Assembly: GCA_964538765.1 (NCBI GenBank)
Contig: CAZIHS010000002.1
Coordinates: forward strand, 1,327-65,326
Direction: 5' to 3'
Source of the DNA: an uncultured Gammaproteobacteria bacterium
GTDB lineage: Bacteria > Patescibacteriota > Microgenomatia > UBA12405
DNA length: 64,000 nucleotides
This document shows positions 1-10,057 of this stretch, one piece after another (position 1 is the stretch's first letter; every line of letters begins with the position of its first letter). Under the pieces are notes generated by a model that saw only the letters and a program-made list of their open reading frames with translations, searched no databases and was not told the DNA's origin. The position numbers were made by a program, and so were the translations under genes.

Positions 1-3
1 TTA

Positions 4-627
4 ATGCCTAAAGATCAGCTGATATTTATATCTAGCTCTGAGCATTCAGTTGTTCCTTACCACTCCAATGAAATTCTTGACCTTTCAAAACTGCCACTAA
101 AATATGTTAATTACTCTCCGTGTTTCCGGCGTGAGGCCGGAGCCTATGGCAAAGACACCCGCGGTCTTTTCAGGGTTCACTTTTTCAATAAAGTTGAGAT
201 GAATGTTTTTACCATTCCCGACATTTCCGTTTCTGACGACATGTGTCTTCAGATGTTGGCCATCGAAGAAGAAATTATGTCCGACCTCGGTTTGCCCTAC
301 CAGGTAGTGAACTGTTGCACTGGAGATTTACCTCAACCCAACCGTCGAATGTATGACATCAACACTTGGTTTCCTGGCCAAAACACCTATCGCGAAACCC
401 AGTCCTGCAGTAACTGCACTGACTACCAATCCCGTCGTTTAAACACCAAAGTTAAGCTTAACGGAGAAAGTAAATTTGTCCACGTTCTTAATGCCACCGT
501 CATCACTGATCGGGCAGTTTTGGCTATCATCGAAAACTATCAGCAAGCGGATGGGTCCGTAAATATACCCCCAGTTTTACAGTCATTAACCGGGTTTGAC
601 ACTATCAAACCGAAACCTAATTTGTAG
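4..627 (+). CDS. serS: Seryl-tRNA synthetase, C-terminal catalytic fragment (5' end lies outside the window)
   Basis: Class II aaRS motif 2 'FRREAG...DTRGLFRVHFFNKVEM' and the C-terminal region are typical of SerS. The ORF opens at the window edge. Confidence 0.85.
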   Translation: MPKDQLIFISSSEHSVVPYHSNEILDLSKLPLKYVNYSPCFRREAGAYGKDTRGLFRVHFFNKVEMNVFTIPDISVSDDMCLQMLAIEEEIMSDLGLPYQVVNCCTGDLPQPNRRMYDINTWFPGQNTYRETQSCSNCTDYQSRRLNTKVKLNGESKFVHVLNATVITDRAVLAIIENYQQADGSVNIPPVLQSLTGFDTIKPKPNL

Positions 628-636
628 AGGAGCCAC

Positions 637-690
637 CTACCCCGATCCCGCCGCCATGGCGGTGGGGTCGGGGCGGTTTGTTACTTTGTT
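637..690 (+). terminator. Rho-independent terminator after serS
   Basis: GC-rich imperfect hairpin 'ACCCCGATCCCGCCGCC-ATGG-CGGTGGGGTCGGGGCGG' at ~639-676, followed by the T-rich run 'TTTGTTACTTTGTT'. It sits between the serS stop and the secA start. Confidence 0.6.
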
Positions 691-701
691 AAAATTATCT
701 T

Positions 702-3380
702 GTGTTTTCGATAATAAAAAATCTTTTTGACGACAGCAAAAAAGTACTTGCAAAATACCAAAAAATTGTCGACCAGATAAATAAGCTGGAACCATCGGTT
801 GCCAATCTTTCAAACGATCAGCTGGCCGCTAAAACCGATTTTTTTAAACAGGAATTAGCCGACGGAAAAACCCTGGACGACATTCTTCCTCATTCGTTTG
901 CGGTTGTTCGCGAAGCAGTAAAAAGAGTAATTGGCCAACGTGCCTATGACGTCCAGCTACTGGCTGCCATCACCCTCCATTATGGTTCAATTGCCGAGCA
1001 AAAAACCGGCGAAGGCAAAACACATTCCGTTATTTTTCCCGCCTATTTAAACTCTCTTGCCGGAAATGGTGTTCATATTGTTACCCCCAACGACTATCTT
1101 ACCCGGGTCGGTGCCGGCTGGTATCCCCAGGCGTTGTCATTATTAGGTATCAAAACTGCCGCAATTGTTCACGAACAGTCGTTTTTATATGACCCCGATT
1201 ACACTGATGCTACCGAAAAATTCGACAGCCGTTTAACTCATCTTCGGCCCATCAGCCGCCAACAGGCTTATCAGGCCCACATTACTTATGGTACTAACAA
1301 CGAGTTTGGCTTTGATTATCTTCGCGATCACATGGCTCCCAGCCAAAGCCAGGTTGTTCAACGCGGCCATTACTTCGCCATAGTAGACGAAGTAGACTTT
1401 GTGTTGATTGACGAGGCCAGAACTCCTCTCATTATTTCCTCTCCCAACAATCAGCCTACTGATAAATATTATAGTTTTGCCAAAGTTGCCGCCCAGCTAC
1501 AACCAACAGATTACATTATTGATGAAAAGGCCCGCTCTGCCACCTTGTCTGAATACGGTATTAGAAAGGTCGAAAAAATACTTGGTGTTAAAAACCTTTA
1601 TGAAGAATCGTTCGAAACAATTCATTATGTTGAAAATGCCATAAAAGCCATGGCGCTTTTTCATAAAGATAAAGACTATGTTATTAAGGAGGGAGAAATA
1701 ATTATTGTCGACGAATTCACTGGCCGCCTGATGAACGGCCGCCGTTGGTCAGATGGTTTGCATCAGGCAATAGAGGCAAAAGAAAACGTTACCGTTCAAA
1801 AAGAATCCCAAACTTGGGCAACTATCACTTTTCAAAATTACTTCCGCCTCTATCAAAAACTCGCAGGCATGACAGGCACTGCCCTCACTGAAGCGGAAGA
1901 GTTTAGAAAAATTTATCGTCTAGAAGTAGTATCGATTCCTACCCACCGCCCCCTAAAAAGAATAGACACCCACGACCTTATATATAAAAGCCAGCGCTCA
2001 AAATATGCCGCCATTGCCGCCAGTGTGGCTGATCTCCATTCCAAAGGACAGCCGGTTTTAATCGGTACCACCTCGATTGAAAAAAACCAAATTATTTCAT
2101 CATTGTTAACTAAAAAAAATATTCCCCACCAGGTTTTAAACGCAAAAAATCACCGATTTGAGGCGGAAATTATTGCTAAAGCCGGCATGAAGGGTGCGGT
2201 AACGGTTGCCACCAATATGGCCGGAAGGGGAGTCGACATCATCCTTGGAGGTCCAACCGAAAATGTTGACCCTGCGCTTTGGCGCTCTGATCACGAAGAC
2301 GTTGTTGCCCTGGGAGGTCTGTATGTTATTGGTACTGAACGCCACGAGTCCCGCCGCATAGATAACCAACTTCGTGGCCGATCAGGACGTCAGGGTGATC
2401 CCGGTTACAGCAAGTTCTTTATTGCCCTAGACGACGATTTGATGAGAGTTTTTGGAGGAGAAAAAATTGCCGACTTAATGACCCGTTTCAACATGCCAGA
2501 TGATACCCCCTTAACCCACCCCCTGGTTTCAAAGGTGGTTGAGCAAATCCAAATCAAAGTTGAAGGTTATAACTTTGATGTTCGGAAAAATTTGGTTGAA
2601 TACGATGATGTTATCAACAAGCAACGCCAAATAGTCTACTCTCTTCGAGAAAAGATACTAAAAGGTTTTCCTCAGCCTTCAGACAATATAAATTTTGTCA
2701 CCAACTACCTGACCACCGAAGTTGACTATCTGGTTGAACTAAGCAAAGAACAACTCAGTCAGTCATTCGATTTTCAAAAAATGATTCTTGAATTCTGTGA
2801 AATTTTACCTCTCGATAACTCATCACGCGGCCAGCTGGTCTCCAAAATTGAGTCGGCCGAGAATCCAAAACAGCAGTTACTAAACTTACTAGTTGAACAA
2901 TGGCAGCAGCGCCTTGACTATTTCGGTCCTCAGGTTAGCAGCGAGATCCTGGTTTTTGCCGCGATTTCAACCCTAGATCCGTTGTGGGTTGACCACCTTA
3001 CAGCCCTTGATGATCTTCGTGAAGGTGTGCGGCTTCGGGGTTATGCCCAACGCGACCCCCTGATTGAATACCGCAAAGAAGGTTATGATATGTTTCAAAA
3101 ATTAATGCGCCACTTTGAATCAAATTTTGTCAGGAAACTATTTCGGCTCGAACCGGCCACCTCCTCCTCTTCATTGACTCCACAAAATGTTAATGAGATC
3201 CACGGCCCGGCTGAAACTCCTGTTGTCCAACCGACCGCGCCGGCAAACATCGACACGGGCGACTTTCCTCCAGCATTTCAACAGCCGGTTATTTCCGGAC
3301 CAACATTGGGGCGAAACGATCCGTGCTGGTGCGGCTCTGGTAAGAAATGGAAAAAGTGCCACTACCCCGAACTTAACTAG
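702..3380 (+). CDS. secA: Preprotein translocase ATPase SecA
   Basis: 892 aa. The N-terminus 'LAKYQKIVDQINKLEPSVANLSNDQL', the DEAD-like motor motifs ('GEGKTHS', 'VDEVDFVLIDEARTPLIIS') and the C-terminal zinc-binding tail 'CWCGSGKKWKKCH' are all SecA hallmarks. Confidence 0.96.
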   Translation: MFSIIKNLFDDSKKVLAKYQKIVDQINKLEPSVANLSNDQLAAKTDFFKQELADGKTLDDILPHSFAVVREAVKRVIGQRAYDVQLLAAITLHYGSIAEQKTGEGKTHSVIFPAYLNSLAGNGVHIVTPNDYLTRVGAGWYPQALSLLGIKTAAIVHEQSFLYDPDYTDATEKFDSRLTHLRPISRQQAYQAHITYGTNNEFGFDYLRDHMAPSQSQVVQRGHYFAIVDEVDFVLIDEARTPLIISSPNNQPTDKYYSFAKVAAQLQPTDYIIDEKARSATLSEYGIRKVEKILGVKNLYEESFETIHYVENAIKAMALFHKDKDYVIKEGEIIIVDEFTGRLMNGRRWSDGLHQAIEAKENVTVQKESQTWATITFQNYFRLYQKLAGMTGTALTEAEEFRKIYRLEVVSIPTHRPLKRIDTHDLIYKSQRSKYAAIAASVADLHSKGQPVLIGTTSIEKNQIISSLLTKKNIPHQVLNAKNHRFEAEIIAKAGMKGAVTVATNMAGRGVDIILGGPTENVDPALWRSDHEDVVALGGLYVIGTERHESRRIDNQLRGRSGRQGDPGYSKFFIALDDDLMRVFGGEKIADLMTRFNMPDDTPLTHPLVSKVVEQIQIKVEGYNFDVRKNLVEYDDVINKQRQIVYSLREKILKGFPQPSDNINFVTNYLTTEVDYLVELSKEQLSQSFDFQKMILEFCEILPLDNSSRGQLVSKIESAENPKQQLLNLLVEQWQQRLDYFGPQVSSEILVFAAISTLDPLWVDHLTALDDLREGVRLRGYAQRDPLIEYRKEGYDMFQKLMRHFESNFVRKLFRLEPATSSSSLTPQNVNEIHGPAETPVVQPTAPANIDTGDFPPAFQQPVISGPTLGRNDPCWCGSGKKWKKCHYPELN

Positions 3381-3420
3381 TATCAGTTTTTGACACAAAA
3401 ATTTCAGTCGTCCTTCAGTT

Positions 3421-3918
3421 TTGGCAATTAAATTTATGATAAAGTTACTAGTTATGCCAAAACTAACTCACACTTCAATTAAAAAGTTTTTAGCTGACAC
3501 AGCCGTTATGAATTTGGCTGTAATAGGCTCAAAAGGTCCAATTTCTTCGGTAATGATATTTACCCTTGATTCCAACTTTAATTTTTATGGAGCAACTCGC
3601 CGTTCCAGCTTTAAAGCCCTGGCTCTTAAGAATGACAATCGAATTAGTTTTTCTGTTTGGCAGCACCGACAAATGTTGATTCAGGCAAATGGCATCGCCG
3701 AGGAAGTAACCGATCCCAAAGAGGTAAGCTTGATTATTGATAAGCTTATTCGTTCCGTAGATAAAGTTGGCGACTTCTGGCCCCCAATTGTCCGGGCTGG
3801 AGATAAAGACTATGTAATTTATAAAATAGTCCCTTTTTGGATCCGGGCCTTAAACCTTGAAGATCCTAAAGTTGCTTTTACTGAAAATCATTTTTATGAA
3901 ATTAAAATCAAAAAGTGA
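3421..3918 (+). CDS. Pyridoxamine-5'-phosphate-oxidase-like (FMN-binding split-barrel) family protein
   Basis: The pattern 'MNLAVIGSKGPISSVMIFTLD...YGATRRSSFKALALKNDNRISFSVWQ' resembles the PNPOx/general-stress-26 fold. The start is uncertain: TTG at 3421 or ATG at 3436. Confidence 0.45.
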   Translation: MAIKFMIKLLVMPKLTHTSIKKFLADTAVMNLAVIGSKGPISSVMIFTLDSNFNFYGATRRSSFKALALKNDNRISFSVWQHRQMLIQANGIAEEVTDPKEVSLIIDKLIRSVDKVGDFWPPIVRAGDKDYVIYKIVPFWIRALNLEDPKVAFTENHFYEIKIKK

Positions 3919-4283
3919 AAAAAGTTTTAATCATTGAAGACGATATATTTTTAGTCCGGCTGTACAAGCTAAAGCTGAAAAAAGAAGGCTTTGAAGCAAG
4001 TTATCTAGCGAATACCGATAACCTAATCACCACTGCGGTTCGCGAGTTTCCCGACCTGATTGTTCTGGATTTGGTGTTGTTGCAAAACGACGGCTTTAAA
4101 GTTTTGAAAAGTCTTAAAAATAACCCTTCCACATCGTCAATTCCGGTAATTGTCCTAACTTCGCAAGACAAGCCCTCGTATGCTGCCCGGGCCTTAAAGT
4201 TTGGGGCGGCAAAATATCTTGTCAAATCCAAGGTAAGTTTTAAGGAAGTTATTGATCAGGTTAAATATTTTTCCCAAAAATAG
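3915..4283 (+). CDS. Stand-alone response regulator receiver domain (CheY-like)
   Basis: 'KVLIIEDD...DLIVLDLVLLQNDGF...IPVIVLTSQDK...K' carries the receiver motifs (acidic pocket, phospho-acceptor Asp in 'LDL', conserved Thr/Ser and Lys). There is no output domain and no histidine kinase nearby. Confidence 0.85.
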   Translation: MKKVLIIEDDIFLVRLYKLKLKKEGFEASYLANTDNLITTAVREFPDLIVLDLVLLQNDGFKVLKSLKNNPSTSSIPVIVLTSQDKPSYAARALKFGAAKYLVKSKVSFKEVIDQVKYFSQK

Positions 4284-4704
4284 TAGCGCAATACAAATAA
4301 CCGTGACCAATCCAACAGACTGTATATTTTGTCAAATAGCCAATCAGGCGGCTCCCTGTCACCAAATCTATCAAGATGAGCTTTTTATTGCATTTCTAAA
4401 CATCAGGCCTCTCGCAAAGGGTCACACTCTCCTGATTCCCAAAATTCACTATCGGTGGATCTACGACCTACCCAATATTGGCAAATATTTTGAGATTGCC
4501 CAGCTGATCGCTTTTTCTCAGCTTAACAAGCTCAAGTGCCAATTTGTTACCTTTCTTACGGTCGGCAGGCAAGTACCTCACGCTCATCTTCACCTTATAC
4601 CCCGCTATCCCAACGATCCCCACCAGGAGGGAATTGACGTTACCAAAGGAACGTCACCGACCAACGAAGAACTTTCTACAATAGCCAACAGTTTGAAACT
4701 ATGA
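4252..4704 (+). CDS. HIT (histidine triad) family hydrolase
   Basis: HIT motif 'HAHLHLIP' and an N-terminal 'CIFCQIA' zinc-finger-like motif. The ORF overlaps the upstream gene by 32 nt, so an in-frame GTG at 4303 is an alternative start. Confidence 0.8.
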   Translation: MIRLNIFPKNSSAIQITVTNPTDCIFCQIANQAAPCHQIYQDELFIAFLNIRPLAKGHTLLIPKIHYRWIYDLPNIGKYFEIAQLIAFSQLNKLKCQFVTFLTVGRQVPHAHLHLIPRYPNDPHQEGIDVTKGTSPTNEELSTIANSLKL

Positions 4705-4979
4705 TCGAAAATCAGGAGTTATTATCCGAGCTTCAAAAGATTAACCGTCGCCTTGATATTGTCAACAACCCTTTCAAAAACGCGTTTTACAATCTTATCG
4801 CCGGCTTTTTCCGGGCCATAGGTAATTTAATTGGCACCTTGGTTATCGCCTATATTGTCTATTTCTTTTTATCTCAAATTAACCTTGTAAAACCGGCTTC
4901 CCAGTTTATTGAATCTTTACTCTCCGACGTAAATTGGCAAAAAATAATCCCGACCCCGTCAATATATTCCAATGACTAA
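4701..4979 (+). CDS. Small hypothetical membrane protein
   Basis: 92 aa with one strong hydrophobic helix ('LIGTLVIAYIVYFFL'). It is translationally coupled to the HIT gene (ATGA overlap). No recognisable family. Confidence 0.4.
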   Translation: MIENQELLSELQKINRRLDIVNNPFKNAFYNLIAGFFRAIGNLIGTLVIAYIVYFFLSQINLVKPASQFIESLLSDVNWQKIIPTPSIYSND

Positions 4980-4980
4980 G

Positions 4981-6837
4981 CTACCTTTTCTTGGCCAGTC
5001 TTTCCCTTTCCGACTTATCAAGTGTCTTTTTACGCAGCCTGACCTGTTTGGGTGTCACATCAATATACTCGTCGCTGTCAATAAAGTCTAAGCCTTCCTC
5101 AATTGAATATTTTACAGCCGGTGCCAATATTATTGCCTCGTCATTGCCGGCCGACCTCATGTTTGTTAGTTGTTTACCCTTGCATATGTTCATCTCCAAA
5201 TCTCCCTCAATGGGTCTTACTCCAATGATTTGACCTTGGTAAACCTCCTCTGTCGGGTAAACAAAGGTGATTCCTCTTTTTTGTGCCAGGTTTAGGCCAT
5301 ACGACAAAGCCTTTCCTGTTTCCGAAGCAATTAACGCCCCGTTTCTTTTTTTATCAACCTCCTGTCCAAGTGGTTGATAACCGAGGAATAGCATATTAAT
5401 TGAAACCTGTCCTTTGGTTTCAGCCATCAACTTGCTTCTTAAGCCCAAAGCGTTTTTATCGGTAATTCTATAGACAAGTTTTAAACCAAAGTCACCATTT
5501 TCAACAATTTCTTTTAAAACTGCTTTCCTTTTCCCTAATTCAGCGCTAATAACACCTAAATATTGACTGGGGCTTAGTATAACCAACTCACTATACGGTT
5601 CCTCCAGGCCATGCTCGGTTTTTTTTAAAATTACTTCGGGTTTTCCAACTTCAAGTGCATATCCCTCCCTTCTTAGCTTTTCAATCAGTATCGCCAGATG
5701 TAACTCACCCCGCCCCGACACCACCATTCTGATGCTGTCTGTTGTGTCTGCCTCTACTCTTAACCCCAAATCAACTTCAACCTCTTCTAATAACCGGTTC
5801 TTTAATTCTCGGCTTGTTAAAAAACGCCCTTCCTTTTTGGCAAACAAGCTACTATTTGGACCAAAACTGGCTTTGAGTGTTGGTGGGGCAATATCTATTT
5901 CTCTCAATACCGTTTTATCATCGGCCGAACAAATTGTTTGGCCAATTTCGATCTTATCAATTCCGGAAATAAAAACAATTTCCCCGCTTTCAGCGCTTTC
6001 AACTTCTACCTTGCTAACCCCTTCATTAACATACATTTTCTCAACCTTGTAACTTCCAACCTCTTCACCATTTGGTTTTATCAGCCACACCTTATCACCG
6101 GTTTTGATTCTACCCTGATAAATTCTTCCCATCGCCAGCTTACCCAGGAAAGTATTTTTTTCAAAAGCTGAAACCATCATCTTAAACGGTTTATCTACGT
6201 CGACAATCGAGCTGGGAACAAAATCAATTATCGTTTGCAAAAGGGGCGTAATGTCACCGCCAGTTTCAGTGTCAGCCGGCAAGTCTCTAAATGCCACTCC
6301 TTTTCGTCCTATCGAGTACACCACCGGAAATTTTAAGTAATTGACATTTTCGGTCATTGATAAAAACATATCCTCAATTTCAGCCAACACCCTTTTTGGG
6401 TTAGCATCTTTTCGGTCAATTTTGTTTATCACCACCACCACTTTCAATCCATAATCCATCGCCCTTTTTAAAACAAACTTGGTTTGTGACAATGGCCCTT
6501 CAGCAGCGTCAACAATTAGCAGGGCTCCATCGGCCATATTCAAAACCCTTTCCACTTCCCCCCCAAAGTCGGCGTGGCCGGGAGTATCAATTATGTTAAT
6601 TTTTATCTGCTTGTAATACACCGACGTGTTTTTTGCCAATATCGTAATACCCTTTTCTTTTTCAAGCTCGTTACTGTCCATTATTCTTTCCTGACTCATT
6701 TCAACCTGATTATCACGAAAAGTATGGGTTTGCTTAAGCATCGCATCAACTAAGGTGGTTTTGCCATGGTCCACATGGGCAATAACGGCGACATTTCTAA
6801 TATCTGCATAATTTGACACGTTGACGATTATACACAA
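4981..6837 (-). CDS. typA: Translational GTPase TypA/BipA
   Basis: '[19 protein letters not shown]', '[14 protein letters not shown]' and 'NKIDR' G-motifs, plus the TypA-specific C-terminal domain. The start is ambiguous: TTG at 6837 or GTG at 6819. Confidence 0.93.
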   Translation of the reverse strand: MCIIVNVSNYADIRNVAVIAHVDHGKTTLVDAMLKQTHTFRDNQVEMSQERIMDSNELEKEKGITILAKNTSVYYKQIKINIIDTPGHADFGGEVERVLNMADGALLIVDAAEGPLSQTKFVLKRAMDYGLKVVVVINKIDRKDANPKRVLAEIEDMFLSMTENVNYLKFPVVYSIGRKGVAFRDLPADTETGGDITPLLQTIIDFVPSSIVDVDKPFKMMVSAFEKNTFLGKLAMGRIYQGRIKTGDKVWLIKPNGEEVGSYKVEKMYVNEGVSKVEVESAESGEIVFISGIDKIEIGQTICSADDKTVLREIDIAPPTLKASFGPNSSLFAKKEGRFLTSRELKNRLLEEVEVDLGLRVEADTTDSIRMVVSGRGELHLAILIEKLRREGYALEVGKPEVILKKTEHGLEEPYSELVILSPSQYLGVISAELGKRKAVLKEIVENGDFGLKLVYRITDKNALGLRSKLMAETKGQVSINMLFLGYQPLGQEVDKKRNGALIASETGKALSYGLNLAQKRGITFVYPTEEVYQGQIIGVRPIEGDLEMNICKGKQLTNMRSAGNDEAIILAPAVKYSIEEGLDFIDSDEYIDVTPKQVRLRKKTLDKSERERLAKKR

Positions 6838-6890
6838 ATTTAAAAAATATATGTCAATTTAGGCATAAACAAATAGAGTAAAATATCAAA

Positions 6891-7613
6891 ATGAGACTCT
6901 TTGTTGTATTAACAGCATTAATAGTCCCCACCATTGTCGTTGGCTTTCTTGCCTTCAATCATGTTGATACTTTTCAACCCCCGTCAGTTAAAGATGATTT
7001 GCCCAGTGCTTCGGCAACTCCAACCGCTCACCCAAAAAGGTACCTAATCAGAACAGAGTTTATTCCTCAAGCCCCAGAAAAAAACTGGGAACAGCCATGG
7101 CAGGATGCCTGTGAAGAAGCCGCCATATTAACCGTTTATTATTACTATCAAAACATCAAGCCCAGCCTGCCCGTACTGCTTTCAGACTATCAGGCACTTT
7201 TCAAGGCTGAGGCAGATCATGGCTGGGGCCACGACCTCGACCTAAATAAAATGGCGCAAATCGCCCAGGAGCAATTTAAACTTAAGCCTCTGCTGATTCT
7301 AAATCCAACGGCCGATCTCATAAAAACCCATCTTCTTTCTAATTCTCCGGTAATAATTCCGGCCAATGGCAAAATTCTTTTCCAGGAAAATAAAAATTTT
7401 ACCCACGGGGGTCCTTGGTACCACAATTTGGTTATTCTTGGATTTGACGATGTCCACCAGCAGTTTATTGTTCACGACGTTGGTACCCGCAAAGGTGCTT
7501 ATTACCGCTATTCCTATCAAACTCTAATTGATAGTATTCATGATTTTCCTTCAACCATGATCAAGGAAGACATAAACTCAGGCGCTAAACAGGCATTAGT
7601 TTTGTTAAAATAA
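6891..7613 (+). CDS. Secreted peptidase_C39-like (papain-fold) domain protein
   Basis: N-terminal TM/signal anchor. 'NWEQPWQDACEEAAILTVYYYY' fits the C39_2 catalytic Cys segment, and 'GHDL...HNLVILGFDD...HDVG' fits the His segment. Confidence 0.45.
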   Translation: MRLFVVLTALIVPTIVVGFLAFNHVDTFQPPSVKDDLPSASATPTAHPKRYLIRTEFIPQAPEKNWEQPWQDACEEAAILTVYYYYQNIKPSLPVLLSDYQALFKAEADHGWGHDLDLNKMAQIAQEQFKLKPLLILNPTADLIKTHLLSNSPVIIPANGKILFQENKNFTHGGPWYHNLVILGFDDVHQQFIVHDVGTRKGAYYRYSYQTLIDSIHDFPSTMIKEDINSGAKQALVLLK

Positions 7614-7620
7614 TCCATCC

Positions 7621-8226
7621 ATGAAATTTAAAAGGACATTTCCCCTGTTAGTTATTATATTTTTCTTTTGCGTCGCTTTTTCGGCCTGTAACCTTTTAGG
7701 TAGCCAAACAGCGCCGACATCTGTTCCAACCATGACAAGCCAAATTTCACCTTCTCCAGCGATAACAGTTTCCGACACTCCGGTCTCATCAAATCCGGTT
7801 GTAGCTCTTAATACAAGAAATGGCCAGATAGTTCTCAGGTTGTACTCTGACGTTGCCCCCAAAACAGTAGCCAATTTTATTAAAAAGGCTGATTCCGGAT
7901 TCTACAAAAATCTCACATTTCACCGTGTTATTGATGGTTTTATGGCCCAGGGTGGAGATCCAACTGGCACCGGCTCAGGTGGCGGAAGCCAAAAGTCAGA
8001 GCTCAATAACCGCCCCTTTATAAGAGGATCCATCGGTTTAGCTCGAACGCCTGCCTCAAAAGAAATCAGCAACGACAGTCAATTTTTTATCTGTTTTACC
8101 ACCGAGGGTTGTCAGCACTTAACGGGAGATTACGTAAACTTTGGAGAAGTAATCTCAGGCTTTGAAGCTTTAGACAAAATTAAACAGGGTGATTACATAT
8201 TAGATATAACAAGTAATACAAAATAA
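7621..8226 (+). CDS. Cyclophilin-type peptidyl-prolyl cis-trans isomerase, probable lipoprotein
   Basis: 'FHRVIDGFMAQGGDPTGTGSGG' is the cyclophilin signature. The N-terminal signal peptide ends in a lipobox-like 'AFSAC'. Confidence 0.88.
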   Translation: MKFKRTFPLLVIIFFFCVAFSACNLLGSQTAPTSVPTMTSQISPSPAITVSDTPVSSNPVVALNTRNGQIVLRLYSDVAPKTVANFIKKADSGFYKNLTFHRVIDGFMAQGGDPTGTGSGGGSQKSELNNRPFIRGSIGLARTPASKEISNDSQFFICFTTEGCQHLTGDYVNFGEVISGFEALDKIKQGDYILDITSNTK

Positions 8227-8227
8227 A

Positions 8228-8620
8228 ATGAAAAATCTACTTATCATTGCTCTGGTTCTCATTCTCGTCTCGGGTTTTTACTTTGGATCGCAAAAATTCT
8301 CCCTAAAGTCCGTACCAGAAAGCGAGGCTGATTTAATTCTATTTTGGGGAGACGGTTGTCCCCATTGTGAAGTAGTTAAGGAATATTTTAAAAATAACCA
8401 GATCGATAGTAAATTAAAAATTAGCTATCAGGAGGTTTGGTACAATAAAAAAAATCTTCAAAAACTTCAGGAGACAGTCAAGAATTGCCCTGAAATTAAA
8501 CCTGACCAGGGTATTGGTGTCCCGCTGGCGTGGATAGTAGCCGATAAAAAATGTTTGTCTGGTGACGCTCCTATTCTTGACTATGTCAAACAAAAAATAG
8601 CCACCAGTTCTGGGCAATAA
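8228..8620 (+). CDS. Membrane-anchored thioredoxin-fold thiol-disulfide oxidoreductase
   Basis: N-terminal TM helix followed by 'WGDGCPHCEVVKEY' (CxxC active site). Confidence 0.7.
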   Translation: MKNLLIIALVLILVSGFYFGSQKFSLKSVPESEADLILFWGDGCPHCEVVKEYFKNNQIDSKLKISYQEVWYNKKNLQKLQETVKNCPEIKPDQGIGVPLAWIVADKKCLSGDAPILDYVKQKIATSSGQ

Positions 8621-8628
8621 TAATTACT

Positions 8629-8979
8629 GTGAAAAATTCCAAGAATGATTTCCGTTTTACTCTCAACCATCTGGTGCGTATCGCCATCTTTTTTTCTCTA
8701 TTTATCTACCTTATTAATTATTTTAACCACAGATCTGGCAAGGTCGCAATTAAAAACGACATTACCCTAACTCTTGAAGAACAGTCAAAAAAAATAGACT
8801 GGAAAAAAATCATTTCTTTTCTTCCTGACCGCAGCCAGGAATTAATTAATCATGTCTCAACCGATTCTACCCTCTCCTCGGCTGATATATTAAAAAATTT
8901 TCCCCAGTCCCAGATCGAAAAAATTAAGCGCTGGCTGGTTACCTCAATTGCATCGGAAATCTTAAAAAAATACCAATAA
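8629..8979 (+). CDS. Hypothetical membrane protein
   Basis: 116 aa with one TM helix ('[15 protein letters not shown]'). No recognisable motif. Confidence 0.35.
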   Translation: MKNSKNDFRFTLNHLVRIAIFFSLFIYLINYFNHRSGKVAIKNDITLTLEEQSKKIDWKKIISFLPDRSQELINHVSTDSTLSSADILKNFPQSQIEKIKRWLVTSIASEILKKYQ

Positions 8980-8980
8980 T

Positions 8981-10051
8981 ATGAATGTTTCAGACTTATC
9001 AAACACGTTAAACGGTCTTAAGCAAAAACTTGACTACACCAAAAAGCTGAGTTTATTAGATGAGCTGGTTTTGCAGTCAAAAGATCCAAAATTGTGGCAG
9101 GATCAATCAAAAGCAACCAAAATACTACAACAAATTTCTGATTTAAGTTCTCAACTGGAAACTCTCACCAGTTTGGGTCGTGAGCTGTCTACTCTAGCCG
9201 AAATTGAGGAGTTTCTTTCCAAAACGGCCGACCCTTTTCTAAGTCAAAATCTTGTCGATCAGACATTACAGATAGAAAATAAACTTAAACAGTTGGAAAT
9301 ACAAACATATTTATCGCAACCATACGACCAAAATCACGCTTTTTTGTCGATCCACTCCGGTCAGGGCGGTACTGAAGCGATGGATTGGGCCTCAATGCTT
9401 CAACGGATGTATCAAAGATATTTTGAAATAAAAAATTGGCCGTTTTCTTTGCTTGACCTGACACCCGGAGAGGAGGCTGGAATTAAGTCGGTCTATTTCC
9501 AGATAAAAGCACCTTTTGCCTATGGTTATCTGCGGGGTGAACACGGGGTTCACCGGCTGGTCAGACAATCACCTTTTAATGCTGACAACCTTCGTCAAAC
9601 GTCGTTTGCCAAGGTTGAAGTTACCCCCGTATTTGAAAATACTGCCATGGTTGACATCAATCCGCAAGACGTCGAGTTTTCTTCATATCGGGCTGGTGGC
9701 CACGGCGGCCAAAACGTCAATAAGGTAAGCACTGCCGTTCGCCTAACCCATCGTCCCACCGGCATCACTGTCAGTTGTCAAAGTCAAAGGTCTCAAGACC
9801 AAAACCGGCTAATCGCTATGCAGTTGTTACAGTCAAAAATATTTACATTAGAAGAAGAAAAACGTCAAAAACAAAAGAAGGACATAAAAGGGGAGTTGAT
9901 TGTGGCCGGTTGGGGTAGACAGATTCGGTCCTACGTACTTCACCCCTATAAAATGGTTAAAGATCTTCGCACCAGGGTCGAAACAGCAAATGCTTCCTCA
10001 GTTCTTGATGGAAAACTCGAACAGTTTATTATCGCTGAATTAAAGCTATAA
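8981..10051 (+). CDS. prfB: Peptide chain release factor 2, contiguous ORF with no programmed frameshift
   Basis: GGQ motif '[13 protein letters not shown]' and the RF2-specific 'SPF' tripeptide ('RQSPFNADN'). The full-length 356 aa protein is in one frame. Confidence 0.9.
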   Translation: MNVSDLSNTLNGLKQKLDYTKKLSLLDELVLQSKDPKLWQDQSKATKILQQISDLSSQLETLTSLGRELSTLAEIEEFLSKTADPFLSQNLVDQTLQIENKLKQLEIQTYLSQPYDQNHAFLSIHSGQGGTEAMDWASMLQRMYQRYFEIKNWPFSLLDLTPGEEAGIKSVYFQIKAPFAYGYLRGEHGVHRLVRQSPFNADNLRQTSFAKVEVTPVFENTAMVDINPQDVEFSSYRAGGHGGQNVNKVSTAVRLTHRPTGITVSCQSQRSQDQNRLIAMQLLQSKIFTLEEEKRQKQKKDIKGELIVAGWGRQIRSYVLHPYKMVKDLRTRVETANASSVLDGKLEQFIIAELKL

Positions 10052-10057
10052 GACAAA

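Noticed and set aside
627-702. GC-rich hairpin between serS and secA considered as a possible tRNA or ncRNA
   Set aside because: It is too short (~40 nt stem-loop) and has no cloverleaf or anticodon-arm structure. Followed by a T-run, it fits an intrinsic terminator.
3130-3320. Low-complexity Pro/Ser/Thr-rich segment near the SecA C-terminus
   Set aside because: It is the normal flexible linker preceding the SecA zinc-binding tail. It is not a separate feature.
1408-3398. Small ORFs nested in secA on either strand (1408-1644, 2136-2369, 3171-3398-, 3187-3393)
   Set aside because: They lie entirely inside a highly conserved gene and have no motifs. They are spurious.
4252-4302. Overlap of the HIT ORF with the receiver-domain gene
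   Set aside because: It is likely just start-codon ambiguity, since there is an in-frame GTG at 4303. It is not evidence of a fusion or frameshift.
5732-6171. ORFs antisense to typA (4991-5233, 5732-6052, 5938-6171)
   Set aside because: They are low-complexity, Ser/Leu-rich translations of the opposite strand of a conserved gene. They are spurious.
8981-10051. Possible alternative genetic code (UGA recoding, as in some CPR lineages)
   Set aside because: RF2 with 'SPF' is present, and TGA terminates several well-supported genes, for example at 3916-3918 and 12319-12321. This is the standard code.
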